This document shows positions 51,692 through 64,000 of a stretch of DNA of 64,000 nucleotides, piece by piece. Under the pieces are notes generated by a model. The model was not told the DNA's origin. It did no database searches and worked only from the letters and a program-made list of their open reading frames with translations. Within the stretch, counting starts at the first letter, position 1. Every line of letters begins with the position of its first letter. This DNA comes from Camelus dromedarius (lineage: Eukaryota), in assembly GCF_036321535.1 (NCBI RefSeq), contig NC_087437.1:110362001-110426000 (forward strand), given 5' to 3'. A program made the translations under genes and the position numbers.

Positions 51692-52716
51692 TTATATATA
51701 TGTACATACAATTATACGAAAATTATATATATATGTACATATGTATACACAACTGAAAAAAATGTGAGTGGCAGAGGGCAGAGTGACTGCTCTCAGTTAA
51801 TTGTGACGTGGTTACTTGAAAAATTGAACTGCTGATTCTACCTTGCAATGACATTCTCACCTGTAATTTGGACCGGCTGCCATCAGGTGGCAGTGGTATT
51901 TCCGTTACTCCGTCAGAACCACAGGGCTGGAGTCGGGGTTCTCAAATGCAAACAGGCAGAAGAACACCCTAAAAATGTGTTTGAAATTCACATTTCCAGG
52001 GGTCTCCTCTCCCACTACCACCAAGAGATCCTAGAAATCTATATTTATAATGAGTATTTAAAGTATTTCATGAGTATTTCGTGAATAAATCATCCTGATA
52101 AATTCTGGACCAGTCTTTCGTGAGATTTCAAGGAATCTGCTTTGCTTGGCTGTGTGAAACTGCCCTGAGCTGCTTATCTCTCTTTGACAGGCATGTTCAG
52201 TGTCAGTCACAGGTGGCCTATTTCCTTTCTTTCTGGGTGATAAAGATAATTAAAGAAAAAACCTTACTCTGTCTTTTCCATTCCCCTGTGCTCTGTTTAT
52301 TTTCTCAGGACATACCTGAACACAAAGGGAAGTAACAGGAGTGTGTCCAGGCATCTTCCCAGAGGTAAAACCCATCTGAACTGGTCTATAAATTTGTCAC
52401 CCCCCATTTAAAAAAAAAAAAAAAAGCTCTTTTGCTTGTTTTTTTATCTTCCTATCTCCTTTTAAACTTTCTCAGAAAAAATGCTCAGCCAAGTATTTGT
52501 TATTCAATATTTTTTATTTTAAATATTAGTAATAATAAATATTCATGGGGGGCTCACTGCTAGGTTTCTGCTCTAAACACTTTATATGTACTGCTTATTT
52601 ATATATTTTACTATATATTATATATATACTTGTTTGTGTATTTTACCATGTATCGTGTATATATATATATATATATAGTTAGAGGACTTACTATGCACTT
52701 TTCTAAGCACATAACA

Positions 52717-53002
52717 CATTTTTTAAACATTTTTTATTGAGTTATAGTCATTTTACAATGTTGTGTCAAATTCCACTGCAGAGCATAATTTTTCAGTTAT
52801 ACATGAACATACATATGTTCATTGTCACATTTTTTTCGCTATGAGCTACCACAAGATCTTGTATATATTTCCCTGTGCTGTACAGTATAATTTTGTTTAT
52901 CTATTCTGCATATGCCTGTCAGTATCTACAAATTTCGAACTCCCAGTCTATCCCTTCCCACCTCCCGCCCCCTTGGCAACCACAAGTTTGTATTCTTTGT
53001 CT
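52717..53002 (-). mobile_element. Young L1 3' end inserted into a MIR
   Basis: Near-identical to 29660-29930; TSD AGCACATAACA (52706-52716 and 53003-53013). Confidence 0.92.
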
Positions 53003-53269
53003 AGCACATAACAAATGTTAATTCGTTTAATGTTTGTAATGATCTTACAAGGTGCGTGTTATGATTTTTCTAGTAAGAAAACTGAAGCCAGAAAGTTTAA
53101 GAGATCTTCACAAAGTCACACAGTTAATAATCAGCAGAATCAAGCTCCAGATCACACGGTGTAGCTCAAGGCCATGCTTTGGCTGTTTTGCTCTACTGCC
53201 TTTGCTGTTCCTGAGACTTTAAAGGGCTTCAGCTTATAAAGTGTTTCAGATCATTTTGTTCCTTTCTTG

Positions 53270-53650
53270 AACATATCAGTAAGAAAAGGCTAGTTTTCGC
53301 TGCTATAACAAACAACTCAAAATCTAAATGCTTGGAAGAATCAGAGGTTTATTTCATGCTCACACTGCACATCCCCCCCTGGGTTGGTGGGTGTCTTAGA
53401 TGAATGACATTCTCATTCAAAGATTTAAGCTGACAGAGTTTTCATGATCTGAAATATTACTGGTAGGGGAAGAGCAGGTGGCAGATCACACACTAGCTCC
53501 CAAAAACTTCTACCAATTGTCGTGTGTCGCTTGCACACTGCCCACTCCACGACCCTACCTGACTTCACAGGTCATGGCCGGCAATGCTGCTGTGAATGCA
53601 GAAGGAGGGAATCCATGATGTTGCAGGACGGCATTAATGACCCCCGTGGG
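53270..53650 (-). mobile_element. Old MaLR LTR (MLT1I/J-like)
   Basis: GCTGCTATAACAAACAACTCAAAATC...GGTTTATTTCATGCTCAC. Confidence 0.7.
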
Positions 53651-54099
53651 GACTTTATACTCCTTACACAGACTCCAGTAATTCCTAAAACACAATTTAA
53701 CAATGTTTCTAAACACATTTTCCAAAATTTAGATAATTACATAAAAACAAGTAAAAAGAATTTTTAAAGCCTTTATGTAACATAATTTAAAATGGTTCTG
53801 ATACTGGACACTTTTAAGTCCATAATTTTCTGGGCAATTCATTGGCTATCAATCTGTGCATGGTTATAGATCACTAGATAGTTTTCATTACTTTTCTTTC
53901 TCTTCTTCCCTCCATATCTGCCTAGTCACTGTGTAATCTAATTGAGGAAAAGGCACTTCATCCCTTTTAACTGCCGATAGCATTTCATTGTATGGATGTG
54001 CCATGCTTTGCTTATCCACTCATCAGCTGATGCACATTTAGGTTGTTTCCAGTATTTGGCTGTTATGATTCATGCCGCCATGAACGTTTGTGTCCGGAC

Positions 54100-54730
54100 A
54101 ATTTTTAACATGTCAAAACTTGGGCTCCTAGTTTTTTCTCACACACCGATTCCTCCCCTAGCCTTTCCCACCTTAGTAAATAACACTGCCATCTAATTGC
54201 TCAAGACAAAAACTTCATTCCTTTTTTCATATAATTCCTTTATCTGGTCTGTCGTCAGGTCCAGTCAGCAGTGCCTCCAAAATGCATCTCAAGTCTGCGC
54301 ACATTGCTCCATTGTCACTGCTACCATCCAATCAAACCAACACTGTCCCCACCCAGGACCACTGCCATTGCCTCCTCTCTGGTTTCTCTTTTCCTGCCTT
54401 TTCTCTCCCTCCACATTAGCTAATATGACCTTTTCAAAATAAAGTGTGTTTTGCCCTACCTACTTAGAAAGCCTTCCATGACTTCCTATTGCTCTTAGAA
54501 AAAAATAAAGATTCAAGCTTCTTACATGGCCTGGTTCCTGTCCAATTTCCCAACCGCACTTCGTATTGTGTTCTCTCCCTCCCTCTGATCCAGACACAGT
54601 GACCATCTTTCTCACTGTCTGTCTCCCCTGATGGTAGGCACCTTGTCTGTCTTGTTTGTGCCTGACTAATATGGAGTTGGAGCTCAATAAATATCTCTCA
54701 ATCTCTTAAATGAATAAATAGATGAACGAA
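54100..54730 (+). mobile_element. LINE-2 3' region
   Basis: AACATGTCAAAACTTGGGCTCC...CTCAATAAATATC...TGAATAAATAGATGAACGAATG. Confidence 0.75.
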
Positions 54731-56204
54731 TGGGTGCGCCATGAAAGATGAGTGTGACTTGAACAGGTGAAGATAAAAAGGTCCTGTGGCTGCAGCAACG
54801 CCATTGGCAAGGGCAGAGCAGGAGCACCCGGGGTTTGTTGAGGGATTTGTGAGCTGATCCATTTAGACGGAGGAATGTGCACCTGGAGGGAAGTGAAGAG
54901 GAAACTTCTAGTAAAAGGATGCCAGAGATAGAGAAGGGACAGCCTGGCATGCTGGGCAGGTGTGGGAAGAGATAAAGAGCCGCTACCAAAGGATTTAATT
55001 GAGGAAATGATGTGATTAGAACTGGCTTAGTGTGAATAATGGATTGTGGGGAAGCTACGGAGGGAGTGACACCTATTAATATACTATTAGAATTGTCAAT
55101 TCAAAATAATAATCGAGCCTCTGAGTTAAGCTTGGGGCAATAAAAATGGGAATAAGGAGATAGATTTGAGTGCCATTACGGAGGAAAAATGCACAGGACT
55201 TACTTAGCAATGTCATCCAAAGAAAGAAAGGAACCCAGAGAGCCCCTCCTGGCACCCAGGTAAAAGGTGCGCCTGGTGATGGCGAATGGCAGCGACTTCA
55301 GGAGGAGGGCTTTACCTTTGAGGGGTCACGTGTGCCAAAGAGATTATAAACATTATGAAATAAAGGAAAACAGCTTAGAAGGGGAAAAAAAGCTAAATAT
55401 AATGATTGAGTCTTCATCTTTCTTAAAGGAGCGCTTCAAGCAATGCTGTTAAAAGAAAAGGACTGAGAGCAGAACACTGGGGACACCCACTTTTAAGGGT
55501 GTGAGGAACAGCAGGGGTCAGTGGTGTCAGTAAATAAGGGTCATGGGGTCACAGAGAAGTCAAGATAAAACCAACAGGTGCCGTAACAAGTGGGAACTTG
55601 TAAGGTCAGGAAAGTTGATGGTACTAACGCCAGAAAGAGTCAAAGAGGATGTTGGTTGGGATTCCCTCACTGAATTTGTTCACTGATGACCTTTGAGGGA
55701 AAAAAAAAAATCAATAAAAGAAAGGGGAAGATCTGCACAAGTGATTAAGAATTGCACCAATGATTTTTTTTAAATTAATAAACATAGACTAGCCTTCCCA
55801 GATGATGATCAAGGAAGGAAAGAAAAATGATGAAAAAAAAGATAGCTTAAAAGGTAGAGGATCAAGCATTAGTTTTTGCTATTTGTGATATGAATGTATG
55901 TATATATGTTTTTTATATGTATATGTTTTATGTTATGTATTTTTACACGTTATATATGTTTTGTGTGTGCGCGTATAAAGAAATCCTCAATGTTAGGGCT
56001 GGAGAAAACGTTAATCCAACTTTTTCTTTGATTCATCATGAGAAAAGTGAGACTCAGGGGAGAAGGTGAAATATCCCATGTTACACCATCAGTGTTGATC
56101 TCAGCCTAAAATCAAGCAGCTTTGTGTCCTTGTCTATTACAGACTCAAATCCAATCAATTTCTCAGAGGGAAAAAAAATGATTCTTTTTCTGCACTTTAT
56201 CTCC

Positions 56205-56755
56205 TATGATGAGCAAACCTAAGCTGGCCCCCATGACCCCTGCCTTCCAGGATTCAGACCTTTGAGAAATACTTCTCCTGAGTATACGTAGGACCAGTGA
56301 CTTGCTTATCATAAATAGAGCATGATGACAGTGACAGGATGTCACTTCTGTAATTATATTACAGGACATTGTAACACCTGTCTTCCTGAGATGTTCCTTC
56401 CCTTGCTGGTTTGATTAAACAAGTACCATGTTGCAGAGACCCATGCAGCAGGGAGCTCCAGCCAGCAGCCAACAAAAGAAACTGTGGCCCTCGGTCCAAC
56501 AAACTACAAAGAATTGAATTCCACCAACAACCATGTGAGCTTAGAAGTGGATCTTCCTCCATTTGAGCCTTGAGATGAGGTTGCAGCCCAGCAGACACTC
56601 AAGTTGCAGCTTGAAGATAAGATGCTGAAACCCAGAACCCAGCAAAGCTGTGCCCAGAATCCCAACCCACAGAAACCGGAATAATATGCGGGGGTGCTGT
56701 TTTAAACCACTAAGTTTATAGTGATATTGTTACACAGCAAGAGAACACTAACACA
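56205..56755 (+). mobile_element. MaLR LTR (MLT1E/F-like)
   Basis: GGCCCCCATGACCCC...CCAACAACCATGTGAGCTTAGAAGTGGATC...TTTAAACCACTAAGTTT...TTACACAGCAA. Confidence 0.85.
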
Positions 56756-57616
56756 GCCTGCTCACAAAAGCACACACACACACACTCACACAGGCACGGA
56801 TGCAATCTGTCACTGATCCGATAGGCTCCAAAGTGCATCTCAAATCATCTCTGCTGTCACCAGCCACCAAGAGGCACTGCCTCTTTGCTCTCTACTCACT
56901 GCTTCAAACTTGAGGGGAATTACTCTTCTGCACCCTGCTTGGCGCAAGAAAGAAGGGCTTTATACCAGCTCAGTGAGTTGCTTCTCAGTACTGTTCCCCA
57001 CGTCGTGGCACCAGGCTTTCAAAACTGCTCCCACCTGCTTCAGCAGTCCTGCATGTGACCAGTCCTCTCTGCTTTCTGTCTTTAAGAGATTTCTTATTTC
57101 CGCTCTCCTCTAATAGCAGTTGTTTTCTTTCTCCCCAAGATTGTTATGATTTGTTCTTTAGGGAAAAAAAAAGAAATTATCTCTTCTATCACTTTTAGGG
57201 ATGTGAAGAAGGAGCAGGAGGTAGGCGCCTGTGTTGAGTCTGTAATTTTGATGCAATAGCCTTTCCAGAGTAATTTTCACTATATTATGCTGGCTCCCCC
57301 TAAAATCCATTTATAGACATTTTTCCTGGAACTCAATTCTGGCAGGGCCTTTTTAAAATGGTTCTTGTAAGCACTATGCAGCCACTGCAAGTTATATTTA
57401 TGAAGAATATTTAATGACATGGCCAAATTCTGACCCTATAATGGTAAGTAATAAGGCAGTATAAAAACTATATATGAGTCTTCATCTTCCTTGAGGCAAA
57501 ATTTTAAGCCATATTATTGAATGATATTTACAAGGAAATAGAAAAGGAGGCTGGAAAGGGACCTTAGGAAAGCCCCAAGAGACTGAGAAGCAAGAAGTAG
57601 AAAGAGAAAATGCTAC

Positions 57617-57718
57617 ATATATATATATATATATATACACATACACACATATATACACATACATATTTAGAGCTAAAGATATACATATACATATATATTT
57701 ATAGAGAGAGAGAGAGAA
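57617..57718. repeat. Compound (AT)n/(AC)n/(AG)n microsatellite
   Basis: Direct observation. Confidence 0.9.
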
Positions 57719-58025
57719 TGGCACTAAACAAGACTATGGAAGTCCTGGGAGGCTTCCTGGAGTAAGACACAAGTGAGCTGATTCTTAAAGGTGAGTAGAA
57801 GAGATCCAAGAGAAGTGAGCGAAGGAATAACAGACCAAAGGGTCAGTGGAGGAAAAGGCAGAGGATGAGAAAAGGATTGTAAACTTCAGGCTTTGAGACA
57901 CTGATATGACACAAAAGGATGCATTTTTTAATAATAAGCTTTTGTTTAATGAACTGGTGCTAATTGACTTATCAATAAAGTGAAAAAAAAAGAAAATCTG
58001 AATGAAACCAATATGGTAGCCTTTT

Positions 58026-58103
58026 TAACATTTTGTATTGATTTATAATCATTTTACAATGTTGTGTCAAATTCCAGTGTAGAGCACAATTTTTCAGCTG
58101 TAC
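58026..58103 (-). mobile_element. Ultra-short (about 78 bp) young L1 3' end
   Basis: Matches the terminal part of the copies at 29660 and 52720; 13-bp TSD ATGGTAGCCTTTT (58013-58025 and 58104-58116). Confidence 0.9.
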
Positions 58104-59939
58104 ATGGTAGCCTTTTGATAGCAGCCAAACAGGCAATACCAACCTTGAACTGTCTCGGGAGCCGTGTCCTAGAGCCTGCTGCCCTCTGCAGGCCGTCATC
58201 AGCACAGGCACTGCCAGAGGAGCCGGGGACTCGGGCTGCCTCCAATTCTGGCATCACATGCAGGAGTCACCTAACTCTGAATCACCCCTGCTCTCTTTGT
58301 CCCAGTATCTTCTCAGGAATGATGCAGACAGGGGCCCACAGAGTGGTACCAGGAATTGTTAGCTCCCAGAAACCAGTTCATCAACCCTCATTAAATACCT
58401 TTAAGCTAACTCAGCTGTGTTTCCACTGGTCAGAGCAGAAATGGTCCTAGAACAATTATTCTAATGGGACCTTTGTCCACCCCTTCTTCCTATATTGTTC
58501 CATTCCTCAGTTTTATCAGAGAGGAATATAACCCGGGCTTTAGGTAAGAACTGAGAGATGCCTATTGGCACAGTTAGTCCAAGAATGTCTATTTCCCCCA
58601 TTTCCCAAGCAGAGAAACAAACTGGTTTCATTCATTCATTCATTCGTTCATTTTAAAACCATTATCAGGACTCCCGAATTTAATGAAACAGTGAAGCCTA
58701 AATCACCTTGGCAGTGACAGGCCTTGTGTTCTATATATTTCTTTGTATATGAATCAACAGAACACTCCTTTGTCAGTGAACAACAGTTGTATTAAAATCA
58801 GAATTTTTCCTACACCAGGCTTAATGCCCGCTATAAAACTGAACTTCGAAATTCAGAAAACTTGGAGATAACATCAAAACCAGCAGTGAATGAGGAGAGA
58901 TCTTAAAGTACCACAGAAAAAAAGATCCTAAAAAAAAGTTCTGGCCTTATGATTCAAGAGAAATAACATCATTAAATGTATTTATTCAGAGAGTCAACAA
59001 ATATCTATTCCACATCCTTTATGTTAAAAGGACTTTCCTAGTCACCATTGAAAATATGAAGATTAAAACAGTCATGGACTTTTGGAAATTCGTGGGAGAT
59101 GGGGGAAAATAAAGGCGATGGGTATGAGCTATGCCTAATACCTAAGAACCCCCAGAGCCGTTAGGAGGGAAACCCCCTGACCTCCTTGCCTGGGTTGAGA
59201 GTGGGTGAGTGGGAGTCATACTGGAAACTTGAGATTCATGAAAACAGTGAGGAGAAGCTGTGGTGAAGGATGCCATGATAATAACCATGAAATAAAAATG
59301 AAAATAAAAGTCCAGTTAAGAGCACACACACAAAAAAGCTTTATCTTTGAAATAACAGAGTTGGGTTAAAGAACCCACAGAGAAACAAAGTATTCGTATT
59401 AAGCCTGGAGAACCTAGCTGCCTTCCCAGGTCTAACAGAGAACTGAGACATCTCCTCACCAATAAAACCATACTTATTTTTAACTAGTCCCAGGCAAGTT
59501 GCCCAAATGTTTTTTAGCTATAAGCTATTTTCATCTTTTCTTTTCTGAGCACTCTCTTATGGCACAGATAGAAAATAGAACTATTCCAACACAAAGAGTC
59601 TGAGCATTGGATTAATATTTTAAAACCCTTTGAGGCATCTTCTAAAAGCCTATAAAATTCAGATTATTCCCTTAAGCAAGGAAGTGAAAACTCTCAATGT
59701 CACTATTTCACTGGGTAGGAAGAAAAGAAGTAGACAGTAGTGAAAAAAACTAAAATTGTGACCATTAGTCAAGATTAAGACCTGGATATTGTAAGTTCTA
59801 AAAATTATACTTTTTCTTTCTGGACACAAATATCATCCTTCTACTGCATTTGGAACATCAGTAGGGCTTCTGTAGACCCAAGAAAGACTCTTCTGACAGA
59901 CTGGATATTACTAATATTATAATTAGCACCAATAAGAAT

Positions 59940-60160
59940 AGCAACAAAAATTATTGTTTATTTAATACTTAATATGTCTGGCACTCCTGTAAGTGTTTTA
60001 CCTACATTATTTCTTGTAATTTTTACAAAATCTCTAAGGATTACCTACTATTATTAGTCCCACATTACAACTGAGGACACTGAGGAAGAGAAGAGAAGTA
60101 ATTTACCCAAGGTCCCATGGTTCTTAAGTGTCAGAGCTAGGCGTTGAACCCAAGTGGTCC
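59940..60160 (-). mobile_element. MIR SINE
   Basis: ATTATTAGTCCCACATTACAACTGAGGACACTGAGG...TTACCCAAGGTCCCA. Confidence 0.8.
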
Positions 60161-60189
60161 AGGGGTATGATAAGAGTAAGTGATGGAAA

Positions 60190-60368
60190 TGGGTAAACAA
60201 CAGGTTCATACTGTAGAGCACAGGGAACCATATTCAATATCTTGTAGTAACTTATGGTGAAAGAGAATATGAAAATGAATATATGTATGTATGTGTATGA
60301 TTGAAGCATTATACTGTACACCAGAAATTGACATAACATTGTAAACTGACTCTACTTCAATAAAAATA
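60190..60368 (+). mobile_element. L1 3' end fragment (cetartiodactyl-type)
   Basis: TACTGTAGAGCACAGGGAACCATATTCAATATCTTG...CATTGTAAACTGACTCTACTTCAATAAAAA. Confidence 0.88.
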
Positions 60369-60759
60369 TGTAAATTCAAGGGTAAATGCTAGAATAAGTA
60401 AGAATCAAGTAAAACAATATTTTAGAACAAAATCAAGGTTAAAGCTTGAGTCTGATCACATGAATCTGTATTTTGTATTATGATTTTATTGAACTTTTCA
60501 GCAGTAAACAGTGGCTCAGAAAGAAGGAGTAGAAGATAGGGATTCGTGTGTTCCCTAAGGCTGGGTTCTAGCGTCAGGCAAGGAGTTAAGGATGGTGAGA
60601 GACGCTGGACTCCCTCAAAAAGCAAAAATAAGTTGGGTAACAATGGTATCTAAATAAAACTGAACTGATGCGCACACATGAAGGGAATAGGAAAATAGCT
60701 TCTTTCATTGCACAACTTTCATAGAAGTACTTGTTTAATATTGTGAATTACTCATAAAG

Positions 60760-61900
60760 TCATCATCAGAAAAGGAAAATGGCACAACTCCCATAAAGGG
60801 CAATTTGACACTGTCTTGCAAAATTTCATATGCATTTACTTTTTGACTCAGAGATTTCGTTCTGAGTATCTAACCCAATGATGCAATGACAAAAATTGGA
60901 AATGACATGTGCACAAGTTACTCATTGCATCGCTATTTGTAAAGGTAAACATTTGAAAACAACCCACACATCTACCAATAGTAGACAGACTGAGTAAGCT
61001 ATCCTCCATCCTCACAACTTGTTAGTAACCAACTCTAAAGTGAACAGGGAAAGATCTCTGTGTACCCACAGGGATTTATATTCAGAATTTACTAAGCAAA
61101 AATGGCACAATGCAAAGTATTTGCATCATACTATCCCCTGGGTAAGACAGAGGGATATACAAGCATTGATCCATATTTGCTTACAACTTTTAAAAGAAAA
61201 AGTGTAAACATAAATCAAAAATGTATAAAAATCGTTACCAATAGGTGCAAGGAGAGCAGGATGGAGGCGATAGGATATATCTCATTTTATATTTTTGACT
61301 TTGAAATCATATAACTCTTTTAATAAACTTTAAAAATTAAAAGGAAAGAAAAAGGCATCTGAAAATTGAAAGCAATGTGAAGCAAATGAATCTAACTAAA
61401 TGTCATGTTGGTGGCATAAGAATTAGTTCAAGTGATGCTAACATACAGAATTTGGGCTGTGCATCCCTGCAGAGATAATATCCTAAAATGAAAAGAAAAT
61501 TTTTTTTAAAAAAACTTAAAATTGTATTCAGTAATCTTATTGCTAGTAATAATATTTGTTTTGTTATTTTGAAACTATTATAGGTATAAGATAATGTAAA
61601 TAATAAACTAGCTTAAGGAGGGGGGAAAGCTTAAAGTCAAAGAAGTTAAGTAAAACTCTTTAAATTTAATTGGAAATATAAGGAAAAAATCCATTACATA
61701 TTTTTCTCCTTAATAAAAGCACAGATTTCCTGGTTCTAGCTACTAAAATTGTTTACAATGACAGCTCGTAGCAATGAGGACAAACAGCACTCAGACTGTG
61801 TGCTTTTAGCATCTTTGTATCAAAAGCAAAGAACTCCTTAGGGATATGACCAATTCCAGGTGGGAAGCAGGAAATGTACAATATGCACCTGAGACATCTG
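60760..61900 (+). mobile_element. Old L1 (L1MC/ME-like) ORF2 end plus 3' UTR
   Basis: GGGCAATTTGACA...ATGCATTTACTTTTTGACTCAG... and downstream L1MC-like 3' UTR motifs. Confidence 0.6.
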
Positions 61901-62026
61901 TGTGACAGCCGGGGGGGGGGGGGGGGAACGGGGAGAAGAAGGGAGAGGAGGGAGGGGAAGGAGAGGAGAGAGAAGGAGAGGGGAAAGAAAAAAAGGAGCA
62001 GCCTAAATCTCACCAAGCCTCTGAAT

Positions 62027-62225
62027 CAGGATTCCTCAGCCTTGGTGCTATCGACATTTGAGGCCCAATCGTTCTTCGTGTGGGGGCTGCTCTGAGCAAC
62101 GTATGTTTTTCCAGCAGCATCTGGGACCCTACATACTAGACACCAGTAGCACACCCTTCTTTGAGTCATGATGATCAAAGCTGTCTCCAGAGGGGGTCCA
62201 AGCCATCCCAGTTTAGAGACACTAC
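62027..62225 (-). mobile_element. MER20 hAT MITE
   Basis: CTCAGCCTTGGTGCTATCGACATTTG...TGTGGGGGCTG...CAGCAGCATC...CCAGTAGCAC. Confidence 0.8.
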
Positions 62226-62329
62226 TTTAGAGCTACCATTTTGGAGTGAATAAAGGATACACAGAAACAAGTTAAATGAAGTACAGGGAAGCGATCAGCC
62301 ACATCAAGGATGGGTTATCTCATTCCACT

Positions 62330-62800
62330 TCTCATCAACAGTAAAGCTTTTTTGCCATCAGACTAGTTAGTGATGCAGAATCCCTACTTGATGATCTGCT
62401 TCCTAGGACTATTTCCTGTCCTAAACATCTCAGTGTTACTCCGGAAGCAGCAGATGAGATAAGGTTTGAGGACAAGTAGTTCATTTGGGAAGTGCATATA
62501 ATATCGATAGGGAAGCAGGGAAGGGAGAAAGAAGGAAGAAAGAACAGAGAAAGAAGGAAGACAATACATAAAACAGTATTAAGCCATCTGGGAGCTAGTG
62601 CAAAACTCAAACCTAAGAATTAACTCTCTGAGAGCTGAGAAAGCTGGGGTTGTCATGCACCGATTCCCTCATACTGTTGGCTGGGGGCTATGCCTGCCAT
62701 GTTGGTTCCTTGGCATTTCCAACCTGCTCTGTGCCAGAGCTCAACAATTCTCTGCAGTTCCAGAGAAAAGCACTCAGGCACGGAAATTACAGATCCTAGT
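62330..62800 (-). mobile_element. Old ERVL LTR relic (LTR16/LTR33-like) with adjacent internal sequence
   Basis: GGAAGCAGCAGATGAGATAAGGTTTGAGGACAAGTAGTTCATTTGGGAAGTG motif. Confidence 0.55.
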
Positions 62801-63064
62801 GGTTCGCAACATGCTGGAAGGAGATAAGGAAATATCAGCTATTTATAGTAAAATGACATTCAAGGTGTATTTTTAAATACACAAGTGAAAAAATGAGTGA
62901 AGTTAGGCCAAACAATACAGGCAAGGACTGATCATTGTTGGTGATGCTGATGATGGTAGGAAGAATGTTTCTAGGAGTTATCTCTTGTTTTGTTTAAGTT
63001 TGAAATTTTTCATGTTAAAATTTAATAAAAATAATAGCTCTACCTATCATATACTGTATTTTCT

Positions 63065-63590
63065 TAATTTTTTATTGAAGTGTAGTTGATTTACAATGTT
63101 TCAGGTGTACAGCAAAGTGTTCAGTTATACATACATATCCATATATATTTTTTTCTTTTCAGATTCTTTTTCACTACATAGTATTACAAGAAATTGACTA
63201 TAGTCCCCTGTGCTATACAGTAGGACCTTGTTGTTTACCTATTTTATATATAGTATTTCATATCTGCTAATCCCAAACTCCTAATTTATCCCTCCCTCTC
63301 TTTGCCCTTTGGTAACCATAAATTTGTTTTCTATGTCTGCAAGTGTCTATTTTGTACATAAGTTCATTTGTATCATTTTTTTATATTCAATATATGTGAT
63401 ATTGTATGGTATTTGTCTTTGTCTGACTTACTTCACTGAGTGTGATAATCTCTAGGTCCATTCATGTTGCTGCAAATGGCATTGTTTCATTCTTTTTTAT
63501 GGCTGAGTAGTATTCCATCGTATATATATACACCACGTCTTCTTTATCCAGTCATCTGTCAATGGACATTTAGGTTGCTTCCATGTTGAA
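63065..63590 (-). mobile_element. 5'-truncated L1 (3' UTR plus ORF2 end)
   Basis: TTTTTATTGAAGTGTAGTTGATTTACAATG...CATGTTGCTGCAAATGGC...GGACATTTAGGTTGCTTCCATG. Confidence 0.92.
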
Positions 63591-64000
63591 CCCATTGCCT
63601 TCTCAGAGTTCCATCTCTCCTTTTTCATTTGCCCTAAGTATTGAGAATTCATAAATATCTATTAGCTTATTGGCTTCATCATCAATAAAGTAACAGATGA
63701 AAATTACATAATTCTAAATTTTTATACTGTAGTAGGATTCACAGGATTTGAATCTGATTTAAATAAGTACTTTTATTCTGACTCAACCTTAATATATTAC
63801 TCCTATTAAAATATTAAAGCTAAGACAGATGTAGATGAAAACAGTGTACAAAAAAAAGAGGTACATTCATGTTTATAATTTACAAGAAGAAAGTGAAAAA
63901 AAAAACATTTTAGAAGGAAACAGGATATTAGGCACCAAAAGGAGAACTCTAATTCATTCATAATTTTTTGTATCTATAACTTTGAAAGATAGAGACAAAA

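Noticed and set aside
61911..61995. G16 run plus GA-rich tract as a functional G-quadruplex
   Set aside because: Simple low-complexity tract at the edge of an old L1, far from any promoter; no evidence of function.

Overview
AT-rich, repeat-dense mammalian DNA from the glycine/tyrosine-rich (HGT) keratin-associated protein cluster. A camelid origin is inferred from the young L1 3' ends and from seeing no Alu, Bov-A/BovB or PRE-1 SINEs. There are two intact single-exon genes on the minus strand: KRTAP7-1 (49251-49514) and KRTAP8-1 (33883-34071). Manual translation reveals three more co-oriented HGT-KRTAP relics that the ORF track misses: a full-length KRTAP8-2-like pseudogene with two in-frame TAG stops at tyrosine positions (22704-22895), a second, more diverged KRTAP8 paralog with a frameshift and a stop (25567-25757), and a heavily decayed HGT-KRTAP relic (about 17067-17323). 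The loci share promoter features: a TATA box plus CACCC-type box in three of them, and LEF/TCF (HK-1) motifs about 220-300 bp upstream of the ATG in all five. The rest is L1, L2, MIR, MaLR/ERV LTRs, hAT and Tigger MITEs and microsatellites, including several nested insertions with recoverable target-site duplications. Repeat family names come from recalled consensus sequences, not a database search. No wholly new biological system could be supported; the most novel signals are the hidden KRTAP pseudogene array and an apparent compensated frameshift in the KRTAP8-1 N-terminus.
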